Assembly: GCA_041615815.1 (NCBI GenBank)
Contig: JBFJCP010000016.1
Span: 32,001 to 96,000 of the forward strand
DNA length: 64,000 nt
Source: Gemmatimonadales bacterium
Lineage (GTDB): Bacteria; Gemmatimonadota; Gemmatimonadetes; Gemmatimonadales; GWC2-71-9
Direction of reading: 5' to 3'
Shown here: one piece after another, positions 13,136 to 21,848 of the stretch
Layout: every line of letters starts with the position of its first letter
Position numbering within the stretch: position 1 is the first letter of the stretch
Position numbers and translations under genes: made by a program
Notes under the pieces: generated by a model
The model's input: only the letters and a program-made list of their open reading frames with translations
The model's database searches: none
What the model was told of the DNA's origin: nothing

Positions 13136-13993
13136 TCAGCCGACCATCAACTCCAACACTAACACAAGGGCGCCAACGGCCCCGAAAACCATACCCAGGA
13201 TCTTCTCCATGAGACCCCCGGGAATGTAGCGACCGATTCTGCTCCCAATCGTGCTGCCCACGAGCACCCCGGGGATGCTCCACACCACGACGTTCCAAGC
13301 GGGCCGGGCGGCGAGGGCGTGAATGCCCGCACCCACGACCGCGGTGAGCGCCAGGGTAAACACGCTGGTCGCGATGGCCACTCGCACGGGCACCCGGCAG
13401 CGAATGATCATCTGCGTCGTGGTGATCTCGGGGAGTCCCGCGCTGATGAGACCAGTCAATCCACCCCCGGCGAGCGCCAGCAGGACTCCCGGTACGCGCC
13501 AGCAGGTGGGATACTCGAAGACGGTGCCGTCGCGGGCTCGAATGACCGTCTTCTTGTTCGGCGACTTGCGCCGCATGAGCGCCGATTCTCTTTCGCCGGG
13601 AATGCACTGTTCAGGGGAGGGCACGAAGAGCAGGAAGAGCGCCAGCATCGCCAGACCCGCTCCGAAGGCGAGCTTCAGCACGGCGGCCGGCACGTAGTGC
13701 GCCACCGCCGCCCCGAGCGCCACCGCCGGGACGGCGCCCAAGAGCAGCCAACGAGCCGTTGCAAAATCGACCAGGCGCTGGCGCATGTAGGACCGAAGCC
13801 CGTTGCCCATCCCAAAGACCTCGGTGAGGAGCCCGGCTCCCACCGCTTGGGCCGGTGCCAATCCCACGACCAGCATGAAGAACGGGCTGAAGAAAAGGGC
13901 CCCCGAGACACCCGACCCGATGGCAACGGTGGAAAACAGCACCGCGGCAGGAAACACCCACCAGAGATCCAGCCAAGCTATATCCATGGTCAT
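13136..13993 (-). CDS. TauE/SafE (TSUP) family permease
   Basis: GVSGALFFSP, AVGAGLLTEVFG, AIATSVF; multiple TM helices. Confidence 0.8.
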   Translation of the reverse strand: MTMDIAWLDLWWVFPAAVLFSTVAIGSGVSGALFFSPFFMLVVGLAPAQAVGAGLLTEVFGMGNGLRSYMRQRLVDFATARWLLLGAVPAVALGAAVAHYVPAAVLKLAFGAGLAMLALFLLFVPSPEQCIPGERESALMRRKSPNKKTVIRARDGTVFEYPTCWRVPGVLLALAGGGLTGLISAGLPEITTTQMIIRCRVPVRVAIATSVFTLALTAVVGAGIHALAARPAWNVVVWSIPGVLVGSTIGSRIGRYIPGGLMEKILGMVFGAVGALVLVLELMVG

Positions 13994-14292
13994 GCCTGAC
14001 GATTCAAGCAGTCGAGAAAGGGACCCGGAGCTCGCGGGACGCGCGCTCAGGGAAAGGAGCAACGGCTCGATGTGGATGCCTGTGGAAACCGTGGATCCAC
14101 ACGTCAACACGTGGTGGAAAAAACGCGGAACGCGGCGTCCCCGTGAGGGATGCATACTCCACAGATCCTCCACACCGTCCTGCCTCGCCCCGAAAAGAGA
14201 ACGGCGCTTGTTTCACTCTGTGGAACGCGTAGTTTGTGACGCCCTCCGTTGGTCAAACGTCACGTCCGTGCCCAACGCGTCCATGGAGTACG

Positions 14293-14574
14293 ATGTCCGA
14301 TTACACGCCCCTCGGAATCCAAAAGCTCGCCCGTCATGCCGCCAACGATCTCACCACCGTCCGATGCCCCCGCGATAGCGTCGTCATGCGTTTACTCGCG
14401 TGCCGTGCCGAACGAATGGAAGGTGGCGCGGTGACGCGACAGGAGTTTCACCGTATCCCCAAGGGTGACTGGGAGATCCGCGACGTGGATTTTGAATGTC
14501 CGGCGTGCCGGCGGCGCGCCATGAACGTGCGTCTCGAGCGCAAGACGAGCTCGCCACATGGCATCTGGGCATAG
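14293..14574 (+). CDS. Small putative zinc-binding protein
   Basis: GGAG RBS; CPRD...ECPAC. Confidence 0.5.
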   Translation: MSDYTPLGIQKLARHAANDLTTVRCPRDSVVMRLLACRAERMEGGAVTRQEFHRIPKGDWEIRDVDFECPACRRRAMNVRLERKTSSPHGIWA

Positions 14575-14580
14575 CCGCGC

Positions 14581-15396
14581 TCACCCGGTGGGCCCTGTTT
14601 GCACCTCCACCAGATCCCACACGGAGAACACCGCCCTTCCGCGAGTGAAGTTGATCGCGCGAATCTTGTAGGGTGGCTCCTGCGCGATCCAGAACCACCT
14701 GCGGTTGCCGGATGCGAATGCGACCTGGACCAGCCAGGTCTCGTATTCGCGACCGCCCTCGACGGCGACCGTCTCACGTCCAGCGACTCGCACTTCCGCC
14801 CAAAGTGCCTGTGGATCCAGCATGTTGTCCCACGCCACGCGAGCAACAAAACCCTCTTCGAGTTGCAGGGCGGCAAAGAGCAGTTCCAGCAAGGAGACTT
14901 CGAACACCGGCGAGTCAAAGTCGTAGGCGAGCTCGTTCTCGGTTCCGTCCGGCTGCGTGAGAGAGCCCCGAACGGCAGATCCTTCAAACGAAATCTGAAC
15001 TGCTCCGCCGCCCGGTGTCGTGAAGCTGCGGGCTCGGGGACGCAACGTGCTCTGCTCCAATGAAATGCTGTCCGCGATCCCGTTGGCCGGCCCGAGTGTG
15101 ATGGTCGCGCTCATCAACGAGCTGTCCCCAAGCATCGCCGGCGCAACCGCGAGCGTGGCCGGCTGTGAGCCAAACGGTACGCCGCCCAATATTTTGGTGG
15201 TGCGCCGGTAGGTCGCGCGAAACGCGCCGATTCGGGCTCCGTCCACTCGTGGGTCACCGGCCGTAATCCGGGGCGCATCCTCGGGCACGGCGGTGAACAC
15301 CGGTCTTCGCGATAGCACTATCCAGAGCAGGGTGGTCAGCACCGTCACGACGATGATACCGACCAGGACGGCCTTCAGGGCTTTGAGAACAGACAC
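14581..15396 (-). CDS. Membrane-anchored beta-rich hypothetical protein (DUF3108-like)
   Basis: N-terminal TM; VAGRETVAVEGGREYETWLV...RWFWIAQE. Confidence 0.55.
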   Translation of the reverse strand: MSVLKALKAVLVGIIVVTVLTTLLWIVLSRRPVFTAVPEDAPRITAGDPRVDGARIGAFRATYRRTTKILGGVPFGSQPATLAVAPAMLGDSSLMSATITLGPANGIADSISLEQSTLRPRARSFTTPGGGAVQISFEGSAVRGSLTQPDGTENELAYDFDSPVFEVSLLELLFAALQLEEGFVARVAWDNMLDPQALWAEVRVAGRETVAVEGGREYETWLVQVAFASGNRRWFWIAQEPPYKIRAINFTRGRAVFSVWDLVEVQTGPTG

Positions 15397-15576
15397 GCGC
15401 GCCTCGCTGTCTAATGATTCGAGGACCCGCTCGACTCCCTCCTACGGTCCTCCTCCCGTCAGGTTTCCCCGTATCGCCTTGCGGGTGCTGCGGGCGGGCC
15501 GCCGAGGCCGCGCAGGTACCAGGTGACGTTCCCGCGACGCCGCGGCGCATGCGTACGAGGGCCACGGCTGGGGTCG

Positions 15577-15966
15577 TTACTTCAGTGACTGCTTGAGACT
15601 CTCCACCGCGGCGTCCACCGCGTCCGCTAGTGCCGGGGCCGCTTCGTCCGGCTTCAAGTCCGTAATCCACGTAAAGCGGCTTCCACCTCCGCTCTCGGGT
15701 TCGATCTGCATGGACGCGTGGTGGTGTGAGAAGTTGAAGGGCGACTCAGTGATCGAATAGGCAAGCCGCCGTCGCTCGTCATCGACGGACACGATGAGCT
15801 CGTTGAGCTGGCCTTGCCCGCCCAGCTCGCAAGTGCGTCGATCGCCGGCGACGGTCACGTCGCCCAGGAACGTGATGAGCTGGTTGATCTTACCGACATC
15901 GCGAACTGCCCTCCAGGCTTCGTCGGGCGACGCGCCGATCTCGAAACTGCGGTGAATCGTGGCCAT
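15577..15966 (-). CDS. SRPBCC family protein
   Basis: GAGGAG RBS; ASPDEAWRAVRD...ELIVSVDDERRRLAYSI...FTWITD. Confidence 0.8.
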   Translation of the reverse strand: MATIHRSFEIGASPDEAWRAVRDVGKINQLITFLGDVTVAGDRRTCELGGQGQLNELIVSVDDERRRLAYSITESPFNFSHHHASMQIEPESGGGSRFTWITDLKPDEAAPALADAVDAAVESLKQSLK

Positions 15967-16415
15967 CAAGCTCCTCATTTGGCTGGGTCGTGTCACAATC
16001 CAATGCCATTCACGAGCCAAACACCGAGGAGGCCTTTCGGGTTTCCGCCGCCGACCCGGCCTCCAATCCGTGGCGGTCGAACGCGGCTCTGTACGGGGCC
16101 GCACGGTCATTTTGCGTCCCGGTCAATCGGGCTCCAGCATTCGCTCGAACGCGTCATTGCGTCGTGCCGGCTCCCAGCGCGCGAGTTAGATCGGGATCAC
16201 CCTCTCGTGAATGCTTCCATGAACCACTCGACGGGAGTTCAGCGCCTTGGCATGGAGGCACCCGGCAATACCCACCCCGCTATCCCCTCCTCAAGGGTTT
16301 GCCCGTGAAATGTTGCGAAAGCATTATGGAGCATGGGCCGCAGCCTAATCCTCAGGGATGGCAGCGATTAGGTTGGCGGCACCGCTCGGCGACAGGTTCC
16401 AAGCGGTCGGTCTCT

Positions 16416-17195
16416 ATGAGTTCGGACGCACACGACCACATGACAGCAGTCGACACATTCTACAGTACTCTCGCTCCCTGGTATCACATGATTTTCGAGG
16501 ACTGGGACGCGAGCATTGCGCGCCAGGGTCGACGGCTCAACGCCATCGTCTTGGAATGTTGGGGCGCAAGGCCTCACCGGATACTGGATGTGGCGGTTGG
16601 GATCGGGACGCAGACGATCGCGCTGGCACAACACGGTCACTCGCTGATCGGTAGTGACATCGCGAGAGGCGCGCTCAGCCGAGCCCAACGTGAGCTACAA
16701 CTGCGGAACTTAGATGCCTCGCTCGTAGCAGCCGACATGGCCGAGATTCCATTAGGTCGGCGCACAGTTGATGTTATCATCTGCTGCGATAACTCGTTGC
16801 CACATCTACTGTCGACGGCCCATATCGAGCAGGCACTCACCGGTTGGCTGGACTGCGTGCGTCCGGGCGGAGGGGTTGTGATCTCGATGCGGGATTATGG
16901 GACGGCAAAGCCGGTCGGGACTGTGGAGGAACATCCGTATGGTGACCATGTTCTAGACGGTGTGCGCTATGTGTTGCGGCAGGTGTGGACGTGGGAAGAA
17001 GACCGACAGTATACACTTCGTCTGGAGATACGTCAGGCGGAGACAAACGAACTGCAAGTAGGGCCAGAGGTTCGGTATTTCGCGATTTCGCCGGCGGAAG
17101 TTGGGGCGCTGGCCTGGCGGGTGGGGTTTGCGGATGTGCGCGTAGAAACCGGCTGGTTTTACCAGCCGATTGTGATCGGATACCGTGCGTCCTAA
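16416..17195 (+). CDS. Class I SAM-dependent methyltransferase (gene cassette)
   Basis: ILDVAVGIGTQ, DNSLPHL, RPGG; stop codon lies inside the R'' box of the attC site. Confidence 0.85.
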   Translation: MSSDAHDHMTAVDTFYSTLAPWYHMIFEDWDASIARQGRRLNAIVLECWGARPHRILDVAVGIGTQTIALAQHGHSLIGSDIARGALSRAQRELQLRNLDASLVAADMAEIPLGRRTVDVIICCDNSLPHLLSTAHIEQALTGWLDCVRPGGGVVISMRDYGTAKPVGTVEEHPYGDHVLDGVRYVLRQVWTWEEDRQYTLRLEIRQAETNELQVGPEVRYFAISPAEVGALAWRVGFADVRVETGWFYQPIVIGYRAS

Positions 17196-17333
17196 CAAGC
17201 GCATGGACCTGACGAGCGCTAGCGTTCTAAAGGATTACGTTGGGTTGTTTTCTGGCCGATGGCTGTGAACCGTTCACTATTCGTGCATGCCGACGAACGA
17301 GTCGCTCGCAGGTCATGCGCAGAACCGTTAGGT
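17190..17333 (+). repeat. attC site (integron cassette recombination site), intact-looking
   Basis: TCCTAAC...GTTAGGT core boxes; arms GCGCATG(G)ACCTG(A)CGAGCG / CGCTCGCAGGTCATGCGC pair with two extrahelical bases; 144 bp. Confidence 0.85.
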
Positions 17334-17341
17334 GGTGGCAC

Positions 17342-17845
17342 ATGGCACAGGCCAAAACACGACCGCATGGGGCCGTCAGAGCGGCGGTCATGGCACTCGG
17401 GATCGCGACCTGTTCCGCAAGCACCTTGTCCGCGCAAAGCCCACCTACGGACCGGAGTCGAGTGTCTGTCGAGGTGGCTGGGAATGGCTTGGTATACTCG
17501 GCGAACTTCGAGCACACACTGTGGCGCGGACTCGACGTGCGTGTGGGAGCTGGCGGACTTCCGTTTGAGGGGCTGCAGTATGCGTTGGGATTGGCGATGG
17601 TGGGATGGCAGGTGAACCGCGGCAGCCATGGCGTGCGTGTCGCGCTCGGTGCAGGCATCATCCGTTTTGAGGACATATTCTTCTTGGAAGGGCGCCCGAA
17701 GACGACTGTGTATGGGACCGCAGCGTTGGCCTATCGTTTTCAGCCACGCCAGCGTGGGCTGTTTCTGCAGCTCGCCTTCACGCCGGTGTTGGCGGAAGCT
17801 ACTCTTTCGCCGTGGCCGGGACTCGCGATCGGCTACGCCTACTAG
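17342..17845 (+). CDS. Exported / outer-membrane hypothetical protein (gene cassette)
   Basis: ATG 8 nt after GTTAGGT; signal peptide; VEVAGNGLVYSANFE...PWPGLAIGYAY. Confidence 0.65.
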   Translation: MAQAKTRPHGAVRAAVMALGIATCSASTLSAQSPPTDRSRVSVEVAGNGLVYSANFEHTLWRGLDVRVGAGGLPFEGLQYALGLAMVGWQVNRGSHGVRVALGAGIIRFEDIFFLEGRPKTTVYGTAALAYRFQPRQRGLFLQLAFTPVLAEATLSPWPGLAIGYAY

Positions 17846-17876
17846 TCGAGGAACGTGGTCCTTGCGGGGCGCTGCT

Positions 17877-17980
17877 GCCTAACAGGCGCACGAATCTGGC
17901 AGGCGTGGCAGGAGGAATTGGCTGGCCCGCATGGCGAAATAACGAAGGTGCCCGCCGGATCTCTGTGGCCCGACGCACGC
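17877..17980 (+). repeat. Degenerate attC remnant
   Basis: GCCTAAC then GGCGCACGAATCTGGCAGGC, with partial complement GCCCGCCGGATCTCTGTGGCC; R' box lost. Confidence 0.5.
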
Positions 17981-18291
17981 ATCTGGATCGAAGACTCTCC
18001 CCCACATGTCGCGGCGGCAGCCGGTTCCGCTGGTGAGGCGCCTCTACCATTGCGGCTTTCATGGCATCGTGGGCATCGCACTCCTGGCGCGATGCCTAAC
18101 CGCGGCGCATTAGACGGCACGTCGAGTTTCGTGTCGGATCTGACATGCCGGAGGGCGCTTCACGCGCGGAGGCGACGAATATCCAGGGATTATCGCTCTG
18201 TCGCTTGGGATCGTATATGTAAGAGGCGAACCTTCATCGAGGTATGCATCACGCGTAACGTTCTTCTTTGGAATGGCACTTTCACCATGCC

Positions 18292-18327
18292 ACCTAACAC
18301 GCGCGTGCACCTGCTAAGCCGTTGGGC
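18292..18327 (+). repeat. Internally deleted attC
   Basis: ACCTAAC ACGCGCGTGCACCTG ... GTTGGGC, only 36 bp. Confidence 0.55.
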
Positions 18328-18402
18328 AGACAAGAGGGCCGGTGCATCGGGGTTCGACCGGCCCGGTGGATCAGCCTTCGAAGGGCCAGCACGAGGACAC
18401 TC

Positions 18403-18966
18403 ATGGCACTCGTGGTTCTTCTGAGGGGAGTCAACGTCGGCGGTCACAAGACCTTCCGACCTACCGTGCTCGCCAAGCAGCTGAAGCACCTGGACGCCGT
18501 CAACATCGGTGCGGCGGGCACCTTCGTCGTTCGGCAGCGAGTCACCCGGGCGCAACTCCGCGCCGAATTGGCGCGCAAGCTTCCCTTTGATACCGAGATC
18601 GTGATCTGCCAGGGCCGGGAGGTTGTCAGGTTGATGTCTCAGAATCCTTTCGCGCAGCGGCCTGTGCGACCTGACATCGTCCGCTTCGTGAGCGTCCTGT
18701 CCCGACGCCCGCGCTCGGAGCCGTCGATGCCTCTGAGCTTTCCTTCCAGCGGCAGGTGGCTGCTGAGACTCCTCGCGAGGGAGGACCGATTCGTCTTTGG
18801 CCTCTATCGGCGCCACATGAAGGTCATCAGCCATCTCGGCATGGTCGACCGCCTCTTTGGGGTACCGGTCACCACGCGCAACTGGAATACCATTGCCAAA
18901 ATCGCCAGCGTGCTGGGTAGTGAAGGGACCTCATCCAGCGGCGAGGAACGCGCTGAGCCAGAGTAG
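18403..18966 (+). CDS. DUF1697 family protein
   Basis: [11 protein letters not shown]...[16 protein letters not shown]. Confidence 0.85.
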   Translation: MALVVLLRGVNVGGHKTFRPTVLAKQLKHLDAVNIGAAGTFVVRQRVTRAQLRAELARKLPFDTEIVICQGREVVRLMSQNPFAQRPVRPDIVRFVSVLSRRPRSEPSMPLSFPSSGRWLLRLLAREDRFVFGLYRRHMKVISHLGMVDRLFGVPVTTRNWNTIAKIASVLGSEGTSSSGEERAEPE

Positions 18967-18969
18967 CCT

Positions 18970-19222
18970 CTCGAAAAAGGACGCCTTCGTCGAGTACTTC
19001 GAACGGATGGCGATGGAGTACCCCGGGAAGCGAGTTCGTTTCAAGCGGGCGATCGCTGAGGGGCACCACGTCGTACTACATTGCCACCAAAAGTGGCCGA
19101 GCGACAGGGACTGGGCTGGCATTGACATATTCCGCCTCGATGACAATGGAAAGATCGTTGAGCATTGGGATGTGCTTCAGGTGATTCCGGAAAGGTCGGC
19201 AAACGAGAACACGATGTTCTGA
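18970..19222 (+). pseudogene. 5'-truncated SnoaL/NTF2-like protein
   Basis: [11 protein letters not shown]...[10 protein letters not shown]...[19 protein letters not shown]; the family N-terminus (with the QHNP motif) is missing and there is no convincing start or RBS. Confidence 0.65.
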
Positions 19223-19419
19223 TTACAGGACCCTGGCGCATAGCGGAGTCCGTTCATGCGGCGTTCGACCCGCACCGCCTCTCAGCCATCGCGGACGGCA
19301 TAGCGGGCCCACATCGCACCGCTGTACCTTGCAGATGAATGGGGCGTGAAGCTGATTTGCAGAACCGGTAGATAGCAATTCGTCCTTGTTTAATGCGTGT
19401 CGCCAATCTGGAGCCATAC

Positions 19420-19764
19420 ATGTCAGCGCCGATCGTTTTTCTCGACATCGCCGGACCCGACCAAGTGTCACTCCAGACCTTCTATTCGACCCTCTTCGGG
19501 TGGGACGCGGGAGGGGCGGACTTTACGATTCCCGTTGGTACGCCACTCTCCGCCGCGATTCGCGAGGACCCGGCGGAGAAGCGCCTGTACATCGGTGTTG
19601 ACAACATCACGGCCAAGCTCAAGGAGGTGCAGGCTCTCGGCGGATCCGTCGATGCACCGCGCTTCGAAGTCCCCGGGGTTGTCATTCTCGGGCTGTTCAA
19701 AGACCCGGCAGGCAACCCGATGGGCCTGGTCGAGATGGAGGACGGCGCTCCCAAGGTTCCGTAA
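19420..19764 (+). CDS. VOC/glyoxalase family protein
   Basis: FYSTLFGW...LYIGVDNI...FKDPAGNPMGL. Confidence 0.85.
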   Translation: MSAPIVFLDIAGPDQVSLQTFYSTLFGWDAGGADFTIPVGTPLSAAIREDPAEKRLYIGVDNITAKLKEVQALGGSVDAPRFEVPGVVILGLFKDPAGNPMGLVEMEDGAPKVP

Positions 19765-19837
19765 GAACGACGAAGCAGACGCAGCCCCGCGACTTAATGT
19801 GACGTAGAGGCCCTCGCACTTCTTGGAGATGGATCTG

Positions 19838-21085
19838 ATGCGCGTAGGCGTCGTCGGAGGATCGATCGCAGGCTGCTCAGCAGCGATCGAGCTGAGTCGA
19901 GCGGGACACGAGGTGACGGTGCTGGAGCGTTCGCGAGGCGGCTTGACAGGACGTGGCGCTGGAATCGGGACGCCGATAGAGACGCTGCAGACCCTGGTAG
20001 CTCGCGACCTCATCAGTGAGGCTACGCCGCGGTTTGTGGTTTCAGACCATCCCCTGGTTGGCCGGAAAGATGAGAGCGACCGCTACGGACATCGCGCCCT
20101 GACCCTGTCACTGAACATGGCCCTCCTCAACTGGGGCGACCTATGGGGCCAACTCAGGGCACGAGTGCCTAGTGCGGCCTATGTCGAGGGACGAACGATC
20201 ACGGGGGCAAAGCAGGCAGACCGAGAGGTTGTGGTCTCGGCAGCGGATGGCTGGAGCGAAACGTACGACCTTGTGTTGTTCGCCGATGGGTACCGGTCTA
20301 TCGGCCGCCGCACGCTCTTCCCCGACGCCGGGCTGTCGTATAGGGGCTACGTTCTTTGGCGTGGCGTACTAGAAGAGCGCCGGCTCTCCGAGACTTGGCC
20401 GCTTGAGACAGCACTGTATCGGCTGCACTACAAGGGGCTTGCAGGCAACGCGGTGTTCTATTTCGTGCCCGGAAAAGACGAATCCACGGATGTGGGAGAG
20501 CGGTTCGTCAACTGGGCGTGCTACCTCCCGGTGGCTGCGGAGGCCCTACCCGACCTTCTGGTTGACAAGAACGGACAGCGGCAAGAACACTCCTTGCCAC
20601 CGGGCTCGATGCGCATTGCTGAGGAGGAGCGACTCAAAGAGATGATGAGCCACCACCTCCCGTCCTACTTCAGCGAGATCATCACTGATTCCCACGACAC
20701 GTTCGTGCAGCCGATTTTCTCTGGAACGGTCCCCGCGTACGCCCGTGGACACATGGCTCTTCTGGGAGATGCCGGTGCTGTCGCCCCGCCCTTCACCGGG
20801 AGCGGTGTCTTCAAGGCGATGATGAATGCCGTGGGGCTCGCAATGGCACTTGCCGAACGGAGCTCAGTGGATCACGTACTGGAGTCCTGGAGTGCTGAAC
20901 AAACCGAGCGGGGAAAGCGTTTAGCCGCGCTCGGGGCTCAGATGGAGACCGCTTTTGTATGGAAAGCACCCGACTTTTCTCAGATGACGGAATCCGAGGC
21001 GCGCGCCTGGTGGACGCGGTCAATAGCCTTCCCTGATGAGTTCACCTACGTGACCGAGCGCGAGGGACGCTCGCCGGCCTCCTAA
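19838..21085 (+). CDS. FAD-dependent monooxygenase (2,6-dihydroxypyridine hydroxylase-like)
   Basis: VVGGSIAG, FADGYRS, YRGYVLWRG, LLGDAG; stop codon inside attC R''. Confidence 0.85.
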   Translation: MRVGVVGGSIAGCSAAIELSRAGHEVTVLERSRGGLTGRGAGIGTPIETLQTLVARDLISEATPRFVVSDHPLVGRKDESDRYGHRALTLSLNMALLNWGDLWGQLRARVPSAAYVEGRTITGAKQADREVVVSAADGWSETYDLVLFADGYRSIGRRTLFPDAGLSYRGYVLWRGVLEERRLSETWPLETALYRLHYKGLAGNAVFYFVPGKDESTDVGERFVNWACYLPVAAEALPDLLVDKNGQRQEHSLPPGSMRIAEEERLKEMMSHHLPSYFSEIITDSHDTFVQPIFSGTVPAYARGHMALLGDAGAVAPPFTGSGVFKAMMNAVGLAMALAERSSVDHVLESWSAEQTERGKRLAALGAQMETAFVWKAPDFSQMTESEARAWWTRSIAFPDEFTYVTEREGRSPAS

Positions 21086-21223
21086 CAAGCGGTTGCACTT
21101 GAGAGGAGCGCGCGTTTTCAAACGAAGCGTTGATCTGTAAGTTCCCAACCTGCGGAGTTACGGTTAGCTGACGGCCCGCTCTTACGGCGAGTCGCCTGCA
21201 ACTGTAGCGCAGAACCGCCAGGC
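21080..21223 (+). repeat. attC site, degenerate (GTT changed to GCC)
   Basis: TCCTAACAAGCG...GCGCAGAACCGCCAGGC; same 144-bp length and similar ends to 17190-17333. Confidence 0.75.
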
Positions 21224-21263
21224 AGCAGGTCCCCTTCTTTCGCGTACCCCACCGCGGGTCAAA

Positions 21264-21641
21264 ATGAGGAAGCGACAAGTGACTGTTCCTGAACACACCG
21301 TGTACTACCTCGAGATCGTGACAACCGACCCCCAGGCCGTCTCGGATCTCTACAGCGAGGCGTACGGCTGGCGATTTCAGCCTATGGGACCCGAGTTGGG
21401 GCATTCGTTCGTGGCACCATTACCCGACGGCTCGCGGTGTGGCATTCGCGCCCCGTTGCACGATCAGGAGAGACCGATTGTGCGCAGCTACCTCCGAGTG
21501 ATTGATATCGAGGGCGCTGTCCAGCGGGCGGCACAGCTAGGCGCCAAGATCGCTCTGGAGCCTGTAGAAATCCCCGGTCAAGGAAAGATTGCCATCTATC
21601 TGTACGGTGGAATCGAGCAGGGGCTCTGGCAGGTGCCATGA
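21264..21641 (+). CDS. VOC/glyoxalase family protein
   Basis: YLEIVT...YGWRF...YLRVIDIE...GIEQGLWQ. Confidence 0.8.
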   Translation: MRKRQVTVPEHTVYYLEIVTTDPQAVSDLYSEAYGWRFQPMGPELGHSFVAPLPDGSRCGIRAPLHDQERPIVRSYLRVIDIEGAVQRAAQLGAKIALEPVEIPGQGKIAIYLYGGIEQGLWQVP

Positions 21642-21650
21642 ACTTCTGCC

Positions 21651-21716
21651 GCCAAATACGCGGCTGCACTGGCCGGTCCGCTTGGCGGCCCCAGGTGAGG
21701 CACGAGACGCTACATC
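21651..21716 (+). repeat. Degenerate short attC
   Basis: GCCAAAT ACGCGGCTGCACTGG...CCAGGTGAGGCACGAGAC GCTACAT, just after the VOC stop. Confidence 0.45.
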
Positions 21717-21848
21717 ATTCCACGATCACACCGAAGCGCCAGTTGATCTAAGATCGAGCTCATGGAATTCCCGGCCGTTTTGGTAACACCGCGCATGGAT
21801 ATCCGGACCTGCCGACCGATCTGATACACCCCATGCAACGGCGCGCCG

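Noticed and set aside
16343..21716. CRISPR array or IS interpretation of the intergenic repeats
   Set aside because: Repeats are irregularly spaced by whole genes and have attC architecture; no cas or transposase genes
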